Shown here: in pieces, positions 54,779 through 64,000 of the stretch
Numbering within the stretch: the first letter of the stretch is position 1
Layout: every line of letters starts with the position of its first letter
From: Adineta vaga
Taxonomy: Eukaryota > Animalia > Rotifera
Reading direction: 5' to 3'
Assembly (NCBI GenBank): GCA_021613535.1
Contig: CP075495.1
Coordinates: 8,060,001 to 8,124,000, forward strand
Length of the DNA stretch: 64,000 nucleotides
Position numbers and translations under genes: made by a program
The notes under the pieces: model-generated
Databases searched by the model: none
What the model saw: only the letters and a program-made list of their open reading frames with translations
What the model was told of the DNA's origin: nothing

Positions 54779-56024
54779 AATTACTTAAAATGATTGCATG
54801 AGTGTACATTTAAGATTCATATATAAACACATAAAGAAATTCACTTTTTAACTACCTCTCTATCGTTCAAGATACATTAAACATCATCTTCGTGAAATAT
54901 TCGATAAGAAATCAAAAGTAAGTCCATTATAATTAAGAAGGTGTATAAAAACATGAATATATGCCTGATTAGCTGAGCGACCAACTAGAATTGTAAGTAT
55001 AGGTTATATTATCATGCTAGTTGATGCCTTGTTTGTAAATCCGTATGCCTGATTGCATCCAACCTAAGATGATGCAAAAGAAATTTATTTTTAACCTGTC
55101 TATTAGTAGATATATATATATATAACAAGAAAGACAAATTTGAGAAAATCTAGTGTGTTAAATCATTTTATCAAGAACACAAGTATATAGAAGCAATGAT
55201 CTGATGTCATTTATAGTTTTCGATAAAAAAAGATTGATTGGAAAATAATGTATTTGAACGTCATTACCAGAATTTCTGTTTCTAGTTATCCCTGGAGATG
55301 ACTCTCACATTGTTGAATACCACCCTATTGTTATCGTTAATTTTCTTTAAAAAAAGAAGCAGCTTGTTGAAGGAAATGAGAAATAGAAAAAAACGTCCGT
55401 CTAGAATGTAAACTATATCATTATTCATATGAAATTCTCCAGATAGATTAAATATTGAACTAATGATGATCATTTGTGCATCATCATTCTTTTTGTTTGT
55501 TTGTTTTTTCTCTGTGTTAAATAGAATTGTTATACGAACAAAGAAATTTCATATAAATATATATGCCTTTGTTCACATCTTTTAAGTAAATGGATATATT
55601 CATGAGATGTCGCAAAAAAATTCCATTAATTTTCATGAAATGATCTTCTTTCTTTTAAAAAATTCATAAGATCAAAATCTTTTAGCTATTTGAATCTATG
55701 TGTAGGAGGTTTATGGTAAGTTTTGTAATACTTATATGCGAACATATAAATATATATTCGAATATGTTCATTTTATTCTTGATTAACTTGTCAAAGACGG
55801 TAACATAGTAGTAAACTTTTCTCAATGTCAAAATGCTTGACAGAAACAGAAAAAAGTCAAACACAATTGTGTGCACTGAGAAAGTCGTTTTTTTCCTTTC
55901 AAGAAAAATTTTCACTAACAGTTGAACTCATTTGATATCTAGTTTTCTCTTGATTTAAATTGTCTTTAAATATCATTTTTAGAACTATTTATCACATCTG
56001 TTAAAATCTCTTAATCTTTTATCA

Positions 56025-56515
56025 ATGACTCAGGTAATTTTATAAAGATTTTCCTTTCAATAATCCTATTTATTACATTCTAGTTGAATCATTTCTCTCA
56101 TGTCAATTGTCATTTATTCACTTTATTTGTGGTCATTCTTATTTGTCTCAATCAACATCAAATATCAGCCAATCGATTGAGTAGTAAATCAGATTATGAA
56201 CAACGTTCATTGGTCTATGATGATACATCTGATGAAGACTTAGGCAATAACGATTATCCAATAATGAATACTCGAAATAATGCCTATTTAACTGATTATG
56301 AGGAACCATCTTCTTCGAAACCATGGTCAAACTTATTTCGTCAATATCAGCAAAAATCGATCTATACACCAGCTTATTATTCAAGTCCAAAGTCTGGTTT
56401 TGCTCTACGACGTAGTGATCTTCGTTATATTCCATATCTATCTGCAAAACGTTCAATTCCTATTGAACTACAAAAGGCACTTTTTGCTCATGGAATTGTT
56501 GGTCGTCGACGTTAA
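56025..56515 (+). CDS. Neuropeptide/prohormone precursor B; predicted mature peptide SIPIELQKALFAHGIV-amide
   Basis: Micro-exon MTQ (56025-56033), intron 56034-56083, exon 2 in frame. Signal peptide, acidic spacer, KR site, terminal G-RRR-stop. Confidence 0.85.
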
Positions 56516-57288
56516 AAAAAATCACTTTTTCAATTGACACTATAATAACAAACTAACATGCTTGAATCTTAACATTTTCCTTTTCATTTCTAATGAATTC
56601 AATAAAGAAAATATGCATATGCATAAAAAACACTTCTTCATCTTCTACTTATTGTTCATTTCAAATATCTTCCAAGATATTTCCGATTGCTTCGTTTCAA
56701 CAATTGACAAATAATTGTAAAACATATATATAAAGGTTCTTTTGGACTCGACGAAAATCACATGTTGCATAAATAACTTAGTTTGAAAATATTTTTGAGA
56801 AACCTGTATCATTATAATTTCACGAGGAATTGAACGTGTATGATATGATAAAGGAAAACTATTTTTATTACAGGTTAAAGAATTAGCAGGTATAACTATG
56901 ACATTAGCGATGCAAAATGTTGATGTTGATATATTTTTCAGTTAATTTTCATGTCATTATAACCAGAATTCAAAAAAAGATGTATCAAGATAGAGTAAGA
57001 TAATATCAATTTGATTTAAAGTACTAGCATGATTCTGTATCTATATAATATAGCAACTATCTTTGAATATCTCTGAAATCTTGACCATTAAATTGATTAT
57101 TCGACTCAAATGTCTTTAATCGTATTAACTTGTAATTCAAGTATTTATATCGACGATTAGGTATAAAAATAGAGATTTAAATGGATTCTTTTGTTATCTT
57201 ATATCAATAACTTGTATCTTTATATACAAAACCAATAAAAAAAGCGATACAAATTCACTCGAAAAAAAGTGATAGAAATAGCCTACGC

Positions 57289-58485
57289 ATGAAGCTTCGA
57301 AATTTTCTATTTCGTCGACTTATTTTAAGTCTAATTATTTCGATAAGTTATGCTGATACAAGAAATGATCATGAAATATTTGTTGATAATCTTATGGAAA
57401 GTTATTATGATGATGGAAAAAACGTTCCCGGTGCTTGTGTTCTTGTTATTCATGAAGACAAACCGATCATTCGTCGTTCCTACGGCTTTGCTAATATTGA
57501 ACAAAAGACACGTGTTACATCAATGACAAATTTTCGATTAGCATCATTAACCAAACAATTTACTGCTGCAGTTATATTATTACTCGCAGAAGACAAGAAT
57601 AAAACATTACAATTGGATGATCGAATACGTGAAAAATGGTTGCCATCATTACCTGAAAACACAAAGACAATAACAATTCGTCATTTACTTACCCATACAT
57701 CCGGTTTGATCGATTATGAAGATTACATTCCACCGAATACCAATCCTGATTATCAATTGTCCGATGCTGATGTTCTTGAAATTCTTTCTTCACAAGATCG
57801 AGTATATTTTTCACCACCCGGTTCACGTTACATGTATAGCAATAGTGGTTATGCTTTATTAGCCATTATTATTGAACGAGTATCTGGAAAGCGTTTTGCA
57901 GACTTCTTGCGAGAACGTATCTTTTTGCCGTTACAAATGAAAGAAACATTGGCCTATGAAAAAGGAATATCTACCGTAGCCTATCGTGCTTTGGGATACA
58001 GTAATAACGATCAGTTGTGGATTGAAACCGACCAAAGTCAAACTAGTGCCGTTCTTGGTGATGGTGGTATTTATTCATCAATTGATGATTTAGCTAAATG
58101 GGATACTGCACTATATGATAATCGCTTGTTGAATAATGAATCTTTAAAGTTAGCATTTACGGCAGCAATACGAACTGATGATCCAGCAATTCAATATGGT
58201 ATGGGATGGCGTATAAGTGGAGATATGATCTGGCATTCAGGAGAAACCACTGGATTTCGTAATGTTATTCTGCGCTTTCCTAGACAACGCCTTACTGTTA
58301 TTGTCTTGACTAATCGAAATTCTCCTGCACCCTATCAAACAGCATCAGCGATTGCTTACCGTATAATTTCTACTATAGAATGTGAAAGTACAAATTCGAA
58401 ATCAATCTTAACAAGTTATTCAATAGAATTCATGGTTTATTGGTTTACAGTGTCTTCGTTATATAATTACAAGTTTCATGATTAG
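57289..58485 (+). CDS. Serine hydrolase of the beta-lactamase class C/PBP family, secreted, probably horizontally acquired
   Basis: FRLASLTKQF (SxxK), ITIRHLLTHTSGL, YMYSNSGY (YxN), GDGGIYSSIDDLAKW, YGMGW and WHSGETTGFR (HxG triad). Signal peptide; no introns. Confidence 0.92.
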   Translation: MKLRNFLFRRLILSLIISISYADTRNDHEIFVDNLMESYYDDGKNVPGACVLVIHEDKPIIRRSYGFANIEQKTRVTSMTNFRLASLTKQFTAAVILLLAEDKNKTLQLDDRIREKWLPSLPENTKTITIRHLLTHTSGLIDYEDYIPPNTNPDYQLSDADVLEILSSQDRVYFSPPGSRYMYSNSGYALLAIIIERVSGKRFADFLRERIFLPLQMKETLAYEKGISTVAYRALGYSNNDQLWIETDQSQTSAVLGDGGIYSSIDDLAKWDTALYDNRLLNNESLKLAFTAAIRTDDPAIQYGMGWRISGDMIWHSGETTGFRNVILRFPRQRLTVIVLTNRNSPAPYQTASAIAYRIISTIECESTNSKSILTSYSIEFMVYWFTVSSLYNYKFHD

Positions 58486-59085
58486 AATTTTTGTAAACTT
58501 TTATTTAAGTTATAATTAGAACATCAAACGAGCATCTAAAGTCATTAGATAGCGATTGAAGCAGCAGATTCGTTTGAATCTATTTTATTGGTGCATAATG
58601 AATAATAAAATTTGTGAAAGTTCATCACTATAACGAACATTGTACACAAAACAAATGATGAGTTTCATAGTTGAAAAGGTCAATCAATACGATCGTTTTT
58701 TTCTTTCATATAGTCTGAATTGAATAGTTAATTTACTGTCATTATTGGTGTGTACATCATTTTTACATCTCTTGATCCGATAAGCAGTCAAACTATCAGC
58801 TTATAAAATTTATCGAAATCTTTTAAAGTTAGTCATTCCTATCCATCTTTCATCCAGATGTCGTCTTCTTCCAAAGAACGTTTCACATAAATAACTGACT
58901 CGTCAAAAATCTACATATGATTTGTTCTCTTGTCATTCGTTTTCTAACCTATCCTGTCGTGTTCTACTGATTGCAGAAGCAATTGCAGCATTTTAAATTT
59001 AAAAGACGCTGACTCACACAAGACGAATTTATGTGGCAATAACACCAACTGATTCGTTTCATATAGTTGTTTTGAAATTTTCAAA

Positions 59086-60920
59086 ATGCGTCGATATGTT
59101 TCACCGGCTAATATTCTAGCTAATGAGGCAATGATCTATCATTTATTGTCTGAAGAAGATGCATTAAAAGAAATGAAGAAAACAATTCGAGAAATCAACG
59201 AAATTCTAGGATTATCATCAACAACAATAGTACGTTTATTATTAAATCATTTTCGTTGGGATCAAGATACATTAACTGGTAAGATAAATAATTAAAACAC
59301 TAAATAAATAGTTTCGTTTTTTCCTGTGTCTTAGATCGTTATTGGGAAGATTCAGATCGATTATTTCGTATATTAAAACTTCCCAATCCTAATTCATCAT
59401 CTATTGATTATAGTCCACTCTCACCAATAGCAAGCAATGAATTAGATTCGCCAACTTCATCAAAAAATCCTGGTATTATTACATGTAAAACGTATGAATA
59501 AATTTTGATTCAATAGAATTAATGTGTTTGATTTTCCCTTATTTAGTTGTTATTTAGATAAACCTTTGAAAGAATTTTATTCTTTAAAATGTAACCATCG
59601 ACATTGTCTAACATGTTGGCATGTTTATCTGCAAACATGTTTAACGAATAATACAAGCATTCAGAAAATAACATGTCCATCTCGTTGTCAGGAAGTTCTT
59701 GATGATGAACAAGTTTTCAAATTATTAGACAATGATGAACGATTAAAAAAACGTTATGAACAAGTATTAATCAATACATATGTCGATATAAATCGATTAA
59801 CTCATTGGTGTCCCGGAAATTCGTGTTCGACAATCGTTAAACTTAAGTCATATACAACTAATTGTACACAAATGATATCCTGTGATATGTGTAAAACAAC
59901 GTTTTGTTTTCATTGTTTACAACAATGGCATGATCCAGTCCAATGTGAATTATTAGTTAAATGGGAAAAGAAAAATCGAGATGAATCAATGACCGGTGAA
60001 TGGTTAATTGCCAGTAAGTCTCTGGCAGAGGATAAATACGATTATTTTATGAAAAATGGAGAATAAAATTCGTTTTCTATTTAGATACTAAAGAATGCCC
60101 GAATTGTCATGCAAGTATTGAAAAGAATGGTGGATGTAATCATATGAGTAAGTAACTAATTAATGAAAATTAATACGACAGATGTTTCTTTTTGTCTTTA
60201 GCTTGTCGAAAACCAGGATGTGCTCATGAATTTTGTTGGATATGTTTTGGTAAGTATACACACTTTTTATCAATAGATTTCGCGTACGATTAGAATAACT
60301 ATTGTAAGAAAAAGAATCTTTTGATATAAATCAAATTATATTATCATGAAGTGATTTTTATGGATAACTTTATTTTGTTTACATTGATTTTAGGTCCTTG
60401 GAAAGATCATGCAACACGTCAATGTAATGTCTTTCAGGAAGATAAAACTGATAAAAATCAACTATCAGCTCGAGAAAATCTTGCTCGATATATGCATTAT
60501 TTTACTCGTTATCAAGCCCATAGTCAATCTCTTGAATTAGAAAGTAAACAATATAGTCAAGTTGAGCAACGTATACAAGACATGCAAGCCGAATCGAAAA
60601 CATTTACTGAACAACGTGCAATTTATACAGCATTTGATGTTCTTCAACAATGTCGTCGAACATTGAAATATACCTTTGCATTTGCTTATTATTTATATCG
60701 AAATAATCAGGCCGAAGTATTTGAACAAAATCAAGCTGATTTAGAACGAGCAACTGAAGCATTATCTGGTTATTTAGAAAGTGAAGTGGATGCTGATAAG
60801 AATATTTCTATTCAATTAATGGATAAAACACGTTATTGTGATCAACGAAGAAAAATCTTACTCGATCATTGTAAAGAAGGATATAACGAACATTATTGGG
60901 CTGGTTTAGAACCATATTAA
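59086..60920 (+). CDS. ARIH1: Ariadne-type RBR E3 ubiquitin ligase (ARIH1-like)
   Basis: [11 protein letters not shown]; RING1 (CKTC...CNHRHCLTC...CPSRC); IBR (WCPGNSC...CDMC...[15 protein letters not shown]); RING2 ([22 protein letters not shown]); Ariadne domain ([12 protein letters not shown]...[17 protein letters not shown]). Confidence 0.88.
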
Positions 60921-61104
60921 ACAATCAAAATACTACTTAAGCATCAAAAGTTTATTTTCATGTCATTTAATGTGTTCATCCGGCGTTTGTTTTTTTAAAT
61001 TATAGTACAAAACAAAAAAAGACGAGTTTATTTTTTTCTAAAATACAAAAAATAAATAATGTTTCTATATGCATACGTGTACATTCGTTTTCTTATCATT
61101 TAAG

Positions 61105-61489
61105 ATGACTAGTTATACGTTAGGTCAAAAATATATTACACCAACTAAACCTGAACGAGGTGTTTTTCCTCTCGATCATGAAGGTAGTTGAGTCATATTG
61201 ATTTTTGTTAACAAGTTGAATCAATATTTTCTCAAAGTTATTTAGGCGAATGTAAAGAAACAATGTTAAAATATATGTTGTGTCTGTCACGTCATGATAA
61301 TAAACCAAGTCAATGTCAAGCAGAATCAAAAGATTATTTTCAATGTCGAATGGATCGGTGAGAAGAAAAAAGTTTTACTAATATTTATCAGACAATTTTG
61401 TGTTTTTGATTATATTTAGAAAATTAATGAAAAAACATGAATGGGAAGACTTGGGATATTTTCAAGAACAACAAGGAAAGACTTCATAG
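61105..61489 (+). CDS. COX19: Cytochrome c oxidase assembly protein COX19 (3 exons, absent from the ORF track)
   Basis: MTSYTLGQKYITPTKPERGVFPLDHEG/ECKETMLKYMLCLSRHDNKPSQCQAESKDYFQCRMDR/KLMKKHEWEDLGY...*. Twin CX9C motif and the PERGxFPLDH signature. Confidence 0.93.
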
Positions 61490-61821
61490 ATAATTTTTGT
61501 ATTTTTTTTTCAAACCTAAAAACACCTGAAATTGATGAATGTCATTTTCACTAAATATTCACTTATGATATCCTATGTATATATTTATTTATCATGAACT
61601 AGAGTACATCAAATCAAGTAAATTTTGCTTGTTTGACAAAAAAAGGGAGATACAATAAGAAACAATGAGAATAATCCACATATATATATAGAATAAATTA
61701 AAATGTAAACATCACCAGCAGGATAAACATGAGAATTCATTGTAGATTTTTAATTTATACAAAAAAATAGAGAGAGAGAGAGAGAGAAAGAGATTGTTTA
61801 TCGTCATTTTGAGACCAATAT

Positions 61822-64000
<2,179 letters not shown>

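Noticed and set aside
23936-56515. Idea that the three GPCRs are the receptors for the AHGIV-amide peptides
   Set aside because: Proximity (16 kb or more) is the only link. Ligand and receptor genes are rarely clustered in animals, and such GPCRs occur in large dispersed expansions.

Overview
This is an AT-rich (roughly 70% A+T), gene-dense eukaryotic window with many short GT-AG introns (about 45-65 nt), a tandem array of rhodopsin-class GPCRs and an intronless gene of apparent bacterial origin. That combination suggests a bdelloid rotifer (inference, not proven). Recognisable genes are TNFAIP8 (two alternative first coding exons), MED13, a claudin/PMP22-like tetraspan, a small CaaX protein, CNBD1-like, three GPCRs, a frameshifted SEN1/senataxin-type helicase, a WD40 protein, HSCB, TRAPPC11, an LRR-TM receptor, a TTC23-like TPR protein, a TCAF/M60 peptidase, a C2-domain pseudogene, a class C beta-lactamase-family hydrolase, an Ariadne RBR ligase, COX19 and the 3' part of RAD54. 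The best candidate for an undescribed system is a pair of paralogous prohormone genes (47558-48011 and 56025-56515). They share a 9-nt first coding exon and encode near-identical C-terminally amidated 16-mers (TIPVELQKALYAHGIV-NH2 and SIPIELQKALFAHGIV-NH2) that I cannot assign to a known neuropeptide family. Other leads are operon-like, possibly trans-spliced junctions (TRAPPC11>HSCB, Ariadne>COX19), a gene-conversion tract between two GPCRs, and the probably horizontally acquired secreted beta-lactamase. Exon structures were inferred by eye and no searches were run.
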